Source: Macrostomum lignano (taxonomy: Eukaryota). Taken from it: a stretch of DNA of 64,000 nt. Of the stretch, positions 37,038-49,822 are shown piece by piece (within the stretch, counting starts at the first letter, position 1; every line of letters begins with the position of its first letter). Made by a program: the position numbers and the translations under genes. The DNA lies in assembly GCA_002269645.1 (NCBI GenBank), contig NIVC01002656.1, positions 183,846-247,845 of the forward strand, in the 5' to 3' direction. The notes beneath the pieces are model-generated. The model did not search any database, had not been told where the DNA came from, and worked only from the letters and a program-made list of their open reading frames with translations.

Positions 37038-38043
37038 CGAAATTATTTTTGGGTGTCCAAAAAGTAGTGATACTTTTAACTGTAGCTCTCATTCTATAGC
37101 TTCCTGTGTGATTTAAAATTTTATGAACTGATAGCGGCAAATCTCTTCTACAGATTGCTTTTTGAATTTTAAAAATTGATACTAGAGAACAAAAGTTATA
37201 CCCACAAAAGTAACAGTACCTGTACCATAGAGTTACACAAATTATATCGAAATTTATAATAGTCGACTTCTGCACTCATTCATTAAGATAGCATCGATAA
37301 ATGTCTTGTTTAAGCAATACCAAAGCCCAATTGCAAAATGATGCTCACTGCGACTGACTGAAATTTGTCTATTGACGGGATCATGCGCAGAAAAATAAAG
37401 CATTAAATTCATTACTTTACTTGCAAACAGAGGAGCTTGCATTTTGCAATTCATTCATGATTTCATTGCCCATACTCGACAACACACATGCATGTGCACT
37501 CAGTTGTTGCTCAGCAAAGTACCATCTTCACTCTCTGGGGTGCTGGCCATAGTGCCTCAGAAATTCACGTAAAACTTTGCTCTGCGCACGGATCCTCTGT
37601 GGTCAGCAAAATGACATGAGTTTATCGATGGATGGAGCAGTTCAGCGAGGGAAGGACTGACTTGGCAGATCAGCATCGGATGGGGCGGCCATACGTTCAT
37701 CGACCTGATGTACTGGTGGACTCCATTCTGAATCTTCTTGACGAGGACTCCCGAATGACCATTAGAGAGATCGCTGACAGGTTGGACAAGCCGAAATTAA
37801 CAATTCATCGAAGCTTACTCGGAATGGATCTCGTGAAGCTCAGCCTATAATTTGTGTAACTCTATGGTACAGGTGCTGTTGCTTTCGTGGGTATAACTTT
37901 TGTTCTCTAGTATCAATTTTAAAAATTGAAAAAGCAGTCTGTAGAGGAGATTTTCCACTATCAGTTCATAAAATTTTAAATCACAGGAAGCTATAGAACG
38001 AGAGCTACGGTTGAAGGTTTCACTACTTTTTGGACACCCCTCG
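37038..38043 (+). mobile_element. Internally deleted Tc1/mariner derivative with ~200-bp inverted arms
   Basis: 37051-37246 is the inverted copy of 37846-38043; right end reads TA-CGAGGGGTGTCCAAAAA; internal frame QQSTIFTLW...SASEIHVKLCSAHG...*VYRWMEQFSEGRTDLADQHRMGRP...EDSRMTIREIADRL is a mariner double-HTH N-terminus with a stop. Confidence 0.88.
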
Positions 38044-40289
38044 TACTTTTCTATTTTTGTTATTGTGGATGGATACATTAAAAAATTATACACGCTTGAC
38101 TTTATTCGAAATGCCGTGTACCACTAGCTATATGTATTTTTCATATATTACTATGATAGTACGATTATAGCTCGCATAGTACAATGCATTCGATTTCGCG
38201 TTTTTGGCGCAATTTGGTTGCACACATTAAGACCATTTGCTGACTTAGTGTGCATTTACGAGTACGTCTACTTCGAAGTATTCAAATATAATGAAGGACT
38301 AAACTTAACTGATGGTATTTTATTTGTGCTCCCTATTAAATCTTACTTCGCTTTCTTGGTTTTCAAATCCTTAACCTCTTGAATGTGATGACCATACAGA
38401 AAAAGAGTAGCTAACAATCTTGAAAATTCAGGCAATAAACATATTTACTGATTAACTGGAAGTATCACGCTGGTTTGGTTCTGTAAAGTCTGAAGAATGC
38501 GGTTTAAGAGGAGCGAAAAAACGATCCCCAAAATGGCCTAGTCGGCGATTCATATAATTATAGGTGTTCTAAAAGTGAAAGATTTGTGACGTTCATGTCC
38601 ATGAATTATTGACCGCGTATAAGGTGTACACTGATACTAAAATATAACTGACTTAGAGCAAATCAATAACATTATTTATTTGTCAGTGTTTACGGCAACT
38701 ACATATTCCACTTCGTTAGCTGACATACTGCTGCATCATGTAGTTTCATGTTATACATGTGCAGTAGTCTAATATAAACACTTCAATGCGATACTAACTT
38801 ATTTAGAAGCACACATAGTAGCCATTCTTTAAACTATGTTAACTTAAAAAAAGCTTGCAGCATCAGCATGGCGTGTCAAATAAAATTAAATATAACTTGA
38901 TCTGGACAGTTTCAAACCTAATTAAATTATTCGATGCTGCACATGCAGCTAAAAAGTACTATTTTAGAAACAACTAAGTATTTCAAAGTTTTTGATAAAA
39001 TATTTGTAAAGATACTTTTGAACTTTGTTGCTTTTCATTCTTGTACTTTAGTTTTACTGTCTTATCTTTGCCGTAAATTTGAATGCATTCTGCATGGACT
39101 CGAGCGGACCAATCGGACGCACTAATATGTCACGATATGCACTTCTACTACTGCTAGCTAGGCCTAGTACAGTTTCGTAGTCTCCTCAAGCGCAGTCATG
39201 ATTCCAATTACTTGTATTCTTGTTATAGTCATAGAGGCAGAAGATAAAAGATTAGGGGGGGGCTACTATTTCATTTTTTGTCATTACTACATGAGGTAGG
39301 CTATCCTGCAGAATCGTTCGTTAAACTCAATGTTCGCACATTTCATTATGCCAGTATTTTAGAAGTGTTTTTGGATTAGAATTGCATCTGTAGGCCTAGG
39401 GGTTGTAAGTTAACTTTTATTACAATTTCTAGGTTTTTCTGGATTTTCTAGACTTCTGCCCCAACATGGATTGTGCCACCTCAAGAGGTTTGTGAATTGT
39501 GCAGCCCTTGAACTAACAAATATAGACACTTCTAAACGCTTCTAAAATGTTGACATAATGAAAATAAATATTCATTTTTGGAAAGTTCATGTCAATAGAT
39601 AAAAAAATATGCATACAATGAGTTTAATGAATGATTCGTAGGATAGCCGGGTTGTGTCACTGTTATATTATTAGTGTTCTGCCATAGCTATAGTATAAGT
39701 ATAGCTATGCCTATGATATGAGGTCTTATGACAAATATAGTAAAATAGGTGCTTATGGCAACTATGGAGATACCTATAGTAGATAGGCCTAGCTGCTCTT
39801 ATGGCTACAACTACTATGAAAATATAACCTCGAGTATTTACAGACTGCAGTCATATTCTATAGATTCTTATAGCTGTAAATATAGTTATAAGTTAAAAAA
39901 ATTAAAAATATCAAAAATAAAGTAAGCTTAAACAAAAATAGGCCTAGGCCTACTTGGTAAACTGTATAATAAAGATTTAAAAACTTATATGTCCTAAATT
40001 ATATCTAACCTAGGCCCTAATATAATACAATAAAACATTAGGCCTAGCAAATTCTAACCTATCTAACTTTTAATCATGTGAAAAAAGTTGTATCTATCTT
40101 TTACTAATAATTGATTTTCAGTAGTAAATAAAAAAAATAATCTAAAAAAGTCAAAAGGCAATCAAGTAGTTGTTTAAGTTTCTACCTTAATTTGTAATTG
40201 TTTAAGTATTGGGAATCTTATTGATTGATTAAAAGTATTTTATTTCCTAGACTTTTTGTTAGAACTATAGCTACAACTATAGGAACTAC

Positions 40290-42420
40290 TAGCAATCAGC
40301 ATCCCTTGTTAGGGAGCCAAAAAAATGCAGTATAAGTTTTTTTAATAAACTACATGTAAGTGTCTCTTTGCATTATACCTTATAAGCCTTGATATGTCAG
40401 AAAATCCTCCCACAAGCCTTAGCATATCAACCCCCTTGACATCTTAGCAATGCCCCATAAGCCTTGAAATCTTAAGAAATCTGTCAACCTTCTAACCCTA
40501 ACCCTAGCCTAACCCTAGCCTAACCCTAACCCTAACCCTGAACCTAACCCTAACCCTAACCCTAAAGCATTGACATTTCAGTAATTCTCTCCAACAGTCA
40601 TTATAGCACTACAGCATTATAGCGATTCCCTGCAAGCCTCAACATTGTAGGGATTCCCAAATGAATCTCTTAACTTCAACATGGAGCTTCTTTTATTTTT
40701 TACATTACACTTTTTCTATCAGCGATCCCTCCCATGAGGAGCCAACAAATAATGAAAAAAAGTTTTCAATAGACTACATGTAGCTTCTGACTTTAGCCTT
40801 GACATCTCATTTATACCCCCATGAGCCTTGACATCTCAGCTATTCCCCCCATAAGCCTTGACATGTCAGCAATGCCCCCCATAAACCTTGATATCTGAAA
40901 AATCCCCTGTTAACCTTGGCACCCGCTAAAATCTAACCCTCAACCCAAACCTGACCTAAACCTAACTTTAACCCAACCTATAAAAGCCTTGAAATCTCAG
41001 TAATTCTTCTCCCCTAAGCCTTGACAATTTAGTGATTCTTTCTTCAAGAATCATAGCACTATAGCAATTCCCTCCAAGCCTTGACATCGTAGCAATTCCC
41101 AAATGAATCTTTTAACTTCGACATGACTCTTCTTTTATGTATACATAGTGCTTCTTTTCTTTTTTACATGACTCTTCTATTAGCGCCCCCCCCGTGGCGA
41201 GCCAACAAAGAATATAATAAAAAATTGAGTAAAGTACATGTACTTTGAAGTAGCTTCTGACTTTTGCTTTGACATCTCAGAAACCCCCCTTCCATAATCT
41301 CAGTTATTCTCTGTGAACCTTGACATCTCAGTAATTCTCCCCAGCACAGCATAATAGCTTCATTTAATTTTTACATGATACTTCCTTCATGTCTGACATG
41401 ACGCTTCTTTTGATTTTGACATGACGCTTCTTTTGATTTTGACATGACGCTTCTATGATTTCTCAAATGACACTTCCATTAGTTTTTATATAAGGCTTCT
41501 ATGATTTTTTACATGATGCTTCTATGATTGTTTACATGATGCTTCTATGATTTTTTACATGACGCTTCTATGATTGTTTACATGATGCTTCTATGATGGT
41601 TTACATGACGCTTCTATGATTTTTTACATGACGCTTCTATGATGGTTTACATGACGCTTCTATGATTTTTTACATGACGCTTCTATGATTTTTTACATGA
41701 CGTTTCTATGACTTTTTACATGACGCTTCTATGATTTTTTACATGACGCTTCTATGATTTTTTACATGACGCTTTTATGATTTTTTACATGACGCTTCTA
41801 TGATTGTTTACATGACGCTTCTATAACTTTTTACATGATGCTTCTATGATTTTTTACATGACGCTTCTATGATTTTTCATGACACTTCTATGATTTTTTT
41901 ACATGACGCTTCTATGATTTTTTACATGACACTTCTATGATTGTTTACACGACGCTTCTATGATTATTTTAAATGACGCTTCTATGATTATTTTAAATGA
42001 CGCTTCTATGATTTTTTACATGACTCTTCTTCTATCAGTGCCCCCCCTGTGGCGAGCCAACAAAGAATGTAATAAAAAAATTGAGTAAAGTACATGTACT
42101 TTGAAGTAGCTTCTGACTTTTGCTTTGACATCTCAGAAACCCCCCCCCACGTAATCTCAGTTATTCTCTGTGAGCCTTGACATCTCAGTAATTCTCCCCA
42201 GCACAGCACAATAGCTTCATTTAATTTTTACATGATACTTCTTTCATGTCTGACATGACACTTCTTTTGATTTTTACATGACAGGTCTTTTATTCTTCTA
42301 TGACACTTCTATGATTTCTCAAATGACACTTCCATTAGTTTTTATATAAGGCTTCTATGATTTTTTACATGACGCTTCTATGATTTTTATATGACGCTTC
42401 TATGATTTTTAATGTAGATA
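40290..42420. repeat. Hierarchical satellite: four related GAGCCAACAAA-containing blocks, GCCTTGACAT motifs and a ~24-bp CATGACGCTTCTATGATTTTTTA array
   Basis: Related starts near 40300, 40720, 41170 and 42020; the last two are highly similar over ~350 bp. Confidence 0.8.
40492..40565. repeat. Interstitial telomere-type (CCCTAA)n tract, imperfect
   Basis: About 12 hexamers with CCCTAG/GCCTAA variants. Confidence 0.85.
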
Positions 42421-42798
42421 TTAATTGTGAACATTCAATGCAAACTAGAACAGTTTAAAAACAGCAGTATGAGCAGCAGTTTAAGCAATTAGGGTATATG
42501 ATATAGCTATACATGAAAATTTAGCATGAAAATTGCAAGCTAGAATAGTTTAAAAATAGCAATATGAGCAGCAGTTTAAGCCTCAAACAACAGGCAACCT
42601 ATACTTTAGCGGATAATAGGTGTCGCAGCTTTCATTGTTCTGCTAAAGCTGTATTTGTACTGTGAGCTCCACATTTCTGGCAGCTCAAAGTAATACCTAT
42701 TGAGCTTTGCACCAGTGATTTAAATGCAGTATGCAGACGTGTGTACAAAGATGAGAAAGACAAAAGCCATTCCTTTGTATGCTCACTATTGTGTAGAT

Positions 42799-43096
42799 CA
42801 TACATGTGCAACCTCCAAAATTCGGTCAGCCGTGCGACTTAGTTTTAACAAAAATGCGACGTAGTTTTTGGCCAAAAATGCGACTTACATATAAAAAAAC
42901 CCAAAAGCAAAATTAACGCAACTTTGGGTAAACGGCAGGAGTAACTATGACTGTTTTATTAAGCTAAAATGCCTCGTCAGCTACTTAGTACTACTCTTCA
43001 GGTTATTTTTTGGGTGGGCATTTTTGCGACTTCCTTGATTGGCCGCCAAATCGGTCGGCCGGATCGGCCGACTCGGCCGACTGTTGCGCATGTATG
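42799..43096. mobile_element. hAT-type MITE copy 2 (298 bp) carrying a 28S rDNA-like segment
   Basis: TIR CATACATGTGCAAC/GTTGCGCATGTATG; perfect 8-bp TSD GTGTAGAT (42791-98, 43097-104); colinear with 19473-19773. Confidence 0.92.
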
Positions 43097-43214
43097 GTGT
43101 AGATGTAGCTCAATTGCAGCAGCTGCTTGTGCTGTAGACTGGACTCGGGCACTGATATAGATTCCCTTCCATACTCTAAACAATTCTTGCACATTGCAAA
43201 TCTGGTCAAAAACT

Positions 43215-43450
43215 ATCTCTATCTTTTAATTTTGAGTCTCTTATTATATATCGGTTATAACAATCCTAATACTAAAGTTGGTGCGATGATTGTTTGTTTG
43301 TTTGTTTGTTTGTCTGTTTGTTTGTGTGTTGCATAACTCCTCCTAGAATACTTGCAAGTCAGCGTTGAAACTTATATGGGTAAACTGCAAATTTTCCAGG
43401 GACTGCAGTGGGCTATTTCAATTTTTTATTTTCACATTTTAAGATCCCTA
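43215..43450 (+). mobile_element. Possible 5' part of a non-autonomous Helitron-like element
   Basis: TC-start AT-rich head, (TTTG)n tract, then GCATAACTCC...GAAACTT, a layout common in Helitron-derived elements; no 3' hairpin/CTRR located. Confidence 0.3.
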
Positions 43451-46400
43451 AAAAAGCAGAAAACTGCAATCTTGACCTTTGATAATCTTATTTGTCCCCT
43501 CTTTCTGCTCGGAGCTGATAAAATGCATCAATTTTGATTGCTTGCGCCATAACTTTCTCCTATCTCGCCAGTGCATTTCTCTCCAGTTGGGGGATGGGGC
43601 GTTCTAAGTGGCTGCGTGTGTACAATTGGACCCTAGCTCACTGGCGCACTGTATAGATGATTGCGCAATGATTTGGCTACTGTTAAGTTGTTCTGCCTTT
43701 CAATATGAAGCCTGTGTATTGTAGGACAGTTAAATTCATTGCATAACCTGCGAGTCGCTTTAACAGGCGGTGAGCGTACACTCGATATTTCAATGCTTTA
43801 AATCGGAAAGTTGTAAACGCTAACTGCTCCTCGAGTTCTAAACTTTAAGAGAAGAGACTTATATTGCCGGAAAGAGCTTGCAACACTGAGTTTGGAGGTA
43901 TAAGTTGTTTGCTTTAAATATGAAAACAAAAAGGACAGCATTCAAAAACTATTTCCGAACTTTTAACTTTCTGCAAAGATTGCACTTAGTTTCGCGAGAC
44001 GTAATAGATAAAGTTATGGGAAGGGTTCAACTTTTTACTGCCACTGTGTATTGGAGGGTTGATTTAGATTGCGCAATCATTTTGTTAACTTTACCTGAGC
44101 CTGAACTGACTAAATGAGAAATCGGTTGCGCAATAAATTGATTCAATTAATTCAATATTCTTATCGGCGGCTTTCAACCCGCAGCTCTGTGCAGCTCTAA
44201 CCCTAACCCTAGACCACTGATGGCACTGAACCCTGAGAGTTGAGTTCTTTTTGACGGAGAAAATTTTGATTGAGTCCAGTTTTACGGAGAGGATTTCGAT
44301 GGTTTTCAGTTTCACGGAGAGGATTTCTGTTTCACGGAGAGGAGTTTGATGGATTTGGAGATGTTTTGATGATGGGATTCGGGTCATGGGATTCAGCTAA
44401 GGGGTTTCAGGGAATGGAATTCCGGTGATGGGAGTTCTTCCCCTTTCTCCTCCATCAGAGGAGTTGGCCTCGTACTCAAATAATTTTACTTCAGCTATAC
44501 AACAAATTTGAGCATTGATTGAATTAAAAAATCATTATATAAAATAAGTACTAAAATAAATATACTATAAAATATTTTATAATATTATATTTATAATATT
44601 TTATAATAAACCTTTGTATTGTATAGTTTTTTATACTTTAAAAAAAACTAAGATGTATTCTAAATTTATTTTTAATGAGCATTCTGACAATTAAATACTA
44701 TACAGTGTACCATACAAAAATATTACTTAAATAAGTAATGTAAATAGTAGTAATGTAACCACTCAAATCCACAAAGTCTTGTTATGAACTTGTGAATATA
44801 TGTAATATATGACAGTGTGACCAACATATACAATGGTACAACATGTATAACAAAGGGCCCTTGTAGAAATGAATGATGTATAATGTATACAATAGCCAGC
44901 CTTAATATACCATAGAAATTTCCATTATATGTCTATCCTTCCTTCTATCCTTCTATCCTTCTTTCTCTATATCTATCCTTCTGCACTATGTTAGCTATAG
45001 CATATGGGCCCTATTTATAGTAGAACAATATATATATAGCTATAGGTTTAACTGCAATCAATCAAGTGTAGACTGCAATATAGCAGAACCTAGAAAAACT
45101 ATTGAAAGAGGCATCTAGGCATGCAAGATGCTTAGACCAATGTCAATGAACTGACAACTACCACAAGGACAAACTTAGGGTCCTTTTTTGGATAAAGAAG
45201 CCCCGATGCTAATCTAAATGCTAGGCAAATAAAATATAATTAATCATATTAAAATATTCAGTAGGCCCTAAGTTATACTATAGGCATTGGAACATTTTAA
45301 AAATTGAGAAAGGCAACTGGCAAGACCATTGATGCTCCTCTTGCCTCTCTGTTCTGATATCTATGATCATGATATCCTATTCATTTGTTATAATCAATTA
45401 ATTACTAATCAAATAGATCTTGGATCTTAGATCTAACTAAATCTAATCTATATTTTAGTCTTTGTCTCTATGAGATATAAGAGTAGCAAATAGCTATTTA
45501 AATAGCTAAAAAATTATAATTTTAGCCTCCTATTTAGAAAATATATATTAAAAGTTCCTAAAAAAGGAGGGGTGATAAGTACTATTGATGCTCCCTTCCC
45601 ACTTTCAAAGACATCCCCTTTCTCATTAGACAACACCAATAAGCCAGATGGCACTTCCATTGCAAGGGGCCAATCTGTGCCAGATGCTGTCTACAATAAT
45701 GGCCCTTGGCTATAAAAGGCCATAGCTAAGCCTATAGCAAATTCCCACTCCTGAATCCTGAATCATTCATTTTTTCCAGTGTATAGTAGACCTAAAAATA
45801 TGTTGGCAATATAGTATCTAGCATACCCAATAGCTATTTCATCATAAATTTATGCACCACTGTGCTGGCATATGGCATAGCAATAGTGGCATAATATAAA
45901 TTACTTTTTAAAGCAATTTTTGTTAAAAGTACTAAAACAAAATACAAAAAAACACGAAAACAATCACTATTCTTTCATTTAAAGATTCCTCTGTTTAAAA
46001 ATAGCTTTAAAATTGATACCTAAAATGTGAGTTAAATTTGGCATAGCATTGCAATTTTGTGCAACATTTTTTCTGGCATAAACTTTAATATATAGCATAA
46101 AAGGTCATTTTTCTAGCATACGATATAATAGATTTGAGAGTGTGATAGCAAGTCTATTTGTATTAGATTTATTATTAGTCTTTTTATTCAAGCAAATGAG
46201 ATTTATAAAATGAATTAAAAATATTTTTAAAAATAACTTTGAAAGTCTCACTGGAATCTTTTATTATATTTAGCTCTGTAATTATACTTAAGTAGATTTA
46301 ATAATATAGTTAGGTAAATGCTTTTGTATTAGGTCAATAAATGTTTTAGTTTGCCAATTTTAGATCTAGCCTTAGTTGGCACTTAGTGTTTTAAATGTAC

Positions 46401-46809
46401 TATAAAATTGTACAAACATTCATTTTAAAATACAAAAAGTGAATAATGCATTTATTTTAATTAAATATAATGCACATTTGAATTGTGTCCTAGATTAATT
46501 TCTAACAAAAACCTATCTAAGTAACAAAGACCAGATCCCAAGCAGGCCTCCCACATCCCAATGACAATCCTAAAGTATAGCATGATTTGAAACATCATTG
46601 CCTTGTAGACATCTTTTAGATAAAAAGCAAACTCCACTCCATTAGTAGCCATGGGCATAGATCAAAGAGGTTCCTTTTTGACGACTAAAGTTTTTATTAT
46701 GACAAAAGTATATAAATCTTTATTAAGTTGATGCATGAGTAAAATGAAACAGTAATCACTCAACAAGCCTTGGTTTTCATCCTTATTGTTAAAATTAAAT
46801 TGTTTCCAG

Positions 46810-46952
46810 TCGCAGCCACTACTAGCTGCAGACGAGTCTGGTTCGGCTTTTGCCGACGAAGCCAAATTACTTAATGATGACGCTCTGGAGCGGCTGGCCA
46901 GGCGTCGGTCGCAGGCGGCTCCATCGGATCCTCTGCAGAGAATGACGGCTAG
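46810..46952 (+). CDS. NCAPH: Condensin I kleisin (CAP-H/barren), first recognisable exon
   Basis: LLNDDALERLARRRSQ matches NCAPH NDDEKERLQRRRSR; ttccag acceptor, AG|gtgagc donor (phase 2; see finding on phase mismatch); start codon not located. Confidence 0.7.
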
Positions 46953-46970
46953 GTGAGCGTATTTGGCTGT

Positions 46971-47563
46971 GAGGCTGTACAATGGCCCTGCTGATAGATT
47001 TTACAGGCTGTACAATGGCCCTGCTGATATCTAGATTGTACAGGCTGTACAATGGCCCTGCTGATATCTAGATTGTGCAGGCTGTACAATGGCCCTGCTG
47101 ATATCTAGATTGTACAGGCTGTACAATGGCCCTGCTGATATCTAGATTGTACAGGCTGTACAATGGCCCTGCTGATATCTAGATTGTGCAGGCTGTACAA
47201 TGGCCCTGCTGATAGATTGTGCAGGCTGTACAATGGCCCTGCTGATATCTACAGTGTAGATTGTGCAGGCTGTACAATGGCCCTGCTGATATCTAGATTG
47301 TGCAGGCTGTACAATGGCCCTGCTGATAGATTGTGCAGGCTGTACAATGGCCCTGCTGATATCTAGATTGTGCAGGCTGTACAATGGCCCTGCTGATATC
47401 TAGATTGTGCAGGCTGTACAATGGCCCTGCTGATAGATTGTGCAGGCTGTACAATGGCCCTGCTGATATCTAGATTGTGCAGGCTGTACAATGGCCCTGC
47501 TGATATCTAGATTGTACAGGCTGTACAATGGCCCTTCTGATATCTAGATTGTACAGGCTGTAC
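46971..47563. repeat. 37-bp (33-bp variant) minisatellite in NCAPH intron
   Basis: GGCTGTACAATGGCCCTGCTGATATCTAGATTGTGCA, about 16 copies. Confidence 0.95.
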
Positions 47564-47760
47564 GGGGTCATGCTCATCTTGTATTGTGTCCTGTACATGA
47601 CTGCTGCTGTTCACTGTGTTAGTCTGTAGTAAATATGTACATGGCAGCATGTTAGAGAATATCTTGTCTGCGCCTGTTTTATCCAATTCACCTTGCTCGA
47701 GATTAGAAGTACATTGTGTATAGTTCATAATTCTAATAGCTTTAATTGAGTCACTAACAG

Positions 47761-48079
47761 TTCGCTAACGCTGCTCTAACAATGCCGAACCTCAGGGAGC
47801 TCAGCGACCACTACGAGAATTGCATCAAACTATCGGTCGAAGGGAAGATCTCTTCCAAGAATGCCTTCGCATTGCACCTGATCGACTACCTGCAGGGCAC
47901 GGTGAAGGGCATCGACAATTTCCAGCTGGCCAGCAGTTCGCTGGACGCCGGCGCCAAAATCTACGCCGGCCGAGTGGACGCCGTCCACCGCGAAGCTTAC
48001 AAAGTCATGGGCGGACTTGGCCGAAACGATGCCAACCCGGCTGCTGCGGACTCGGACGGTGATGAGGAGGCCGGAGGAG
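47761..48079 (+). CDS. NCAPH: NCAPH exon, conserved N-terminal kleisin domain
   Basis: DHYENCIKLSVEGKISSKNAFALHLIDY...NFQLASSSLDAGAKIYAGRVDAVHREAYKVMGGLG; G|gtaggt donor, phase 1. Confidence 0.95.
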
Positions 48080-48121
48080 GTAGGTGGAAGTGCGAGTAGC
48101 TCAGTGCTACCTGAGCCAGTT

Positions 48122-48385
48122 CATGTACATTCCTCTTATATCTGCACCCATTCCAAATGCACATTCCCCATCCGCTATGTACATTCCCTCATATCTGCAC
48201 CCATTCCAAATGCACACTCCCCATCTGCTATGTACATTCCCTCATATCTGCACCCATTCCAAATGCACATTCCCCATCCGCTATGTACATTCCCTCATAT
48301 CTGCACCCATTCCAAATACACACTCCCCATCTGCTATGTACATTCCCTCATATCTGCACCCATTCCAAGTGTACATTCCCGATCT
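48122..48385. repeat. 53-bp minisatellite in NCAPH intron, about 5 copies
   Basis: TGTACATTCCCTCATATCTGCACCCATTCCAAATGCACACTCCCCATCTGCTA. Confidence 0.93.
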
Positions 48386-48501
48386 ACAATGCACATTCCA
48401 TCACGACTGTCACCCATGCGCAATGGACATATCATAGCCACCAGTCAAGCGCGTTCTTTCTTACAGAATCAATCTATCTACCATTTTAAATCGCTCTCCA
48501 G

Positions 48502-49189
48502 CCGCCGCAGCCGAAGTCGCAGGTGACGACGAGGCCATGCTGGCAGCCCGCGCCGCCGCCGCGGCCAAACGGCGCCAGCGCAAGCGCAAGGCCGTAATCG
48601 CTACTAGCCTGACGCGCATCCGCCTGAAGCCGGCCTCCCTACGCTTTGATGTTGACCCGCTGTTCCACCAGCAGGCGGCCGCCTACGATAACGGCGGCAC
48701 CGGGGAGATGCGTCTTAACAACGTGTGCGTCATTGACAATGACTGCGAGATCCTGCTGGACTCCGATGCTACGCTCAATCTGGGCCGCCAGTCCGTGCTA
48801 GCCATCGCCAACGTGGCCTGGTCGGATCCGCCTTGCGACCTGCCCACGCCTGGAGTGGGAGCCCTGGCAACCGTTGCTAGGTCGGCTGCGCATACTATCT
48901 GCGGTCACTATGCGAACTTTGTGTTTGCCAATCCGACAGCTCGCGTTAATGGTGCCGAAAATGACGAGTCGTTGATTGCGACTGTGGCTCCGGTGGCCTC
49001 CCAGGCCCAGGATTTGTCTGCTGCCGATCCTCCCGATGTCGATATGGTCGATGACGACGACGACATTGTCGATGACGATGCACGCGACGACCACGCTGGC
49101 GTTGATGCGACGCTGGCGTCCGCGGTTGCTGATGATAACGCCGGTGGCGATGTCACAATTGTGCCAGGTGGAGCCACCAGCGCCACTGT
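48502..49189 (+). CDS. NCAPH: NCAPH exon
   Basis: ctccag acceptor, phase 1; LRFDVDPLFHQQAAAYDNGGTG (DPLF motif), ICGHYANFVF; GT|gtgagt donor, phase 2. Confidence 0.9.
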
Positions 49190-49249
49190 GTGAGTGCCAT
49201 TTTGTGAGTGACGTTATGTCACTCCTGTGCTAGCGTCCGCTGTGCGTCA

Positions 49250-49755
49250 CTAGTGTGCGTCACTCTAATGTTAGTGTGCGTCACTCTAGTGCCACTGTGC
49301 GTCACTCTAGTGCCACTGTGCGTCACTCTAGTGCCACTGTGCGTCACTCTAGTGCCACTGTGCGTCACTCTAGTGCCACTGTGCGTCACTCTAGTGCCAC
49401 TGTGCGTCACTCTAGTGCCACTGTGCGTCACTCTAGTGCCACTGTGCGTCACTCTAGTGCCACTGTGCGTCACTCTAGTGCCACTGCGTCACTCTAGTGC
49501 CACTGTTCGTCACTCTAGTGCCACTGCGTCACTCTAGTGCCACTGCGTCACTCTAGTGCCACTGCGTCACTCTAGTGCCACTGTGCGTCACTCTAGTGCC
49601 ACTGCGTCACTTTAGTGCCACTGCATCACTCTAGTGCCACTGTGCGTCACTCTAGTGCCACTGCGTCACTCTAGTGCCACTGCGTCACTCTAGTGCCACT
49701 GCATCACTCTAGTGCCACTGTGCGTCACTCTAGTGCCAGTGTGCGTCACTCTAGC
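49250..49755. repeat. 21/19-bp minisatellite GTGCGTCACTCTAGTGCCACT in NCAPH intron
   Basis: About 25 copies. Confidence 0.95.
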
Positions 49756-49822
49756 TACATGTAAACAGATTAACTCATTTTATTACCAAAGCCAGCTCTT
49801 TCTCTCACTTAACTCTTACCAG

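Noticed and set aside
40492-40565. True chromosome end or telomere addition site
   Set aside because: The tract is short, imperfect, internal and embedded in a repeated unit.
44190-44450. Cluster of TTTCACGGAGAGG and GATGGGATTC motifs with a short CTAACC tract
   Set aside because: It resembles a transposon subterminal region, but no partner end or TSD was found, so it was not called.
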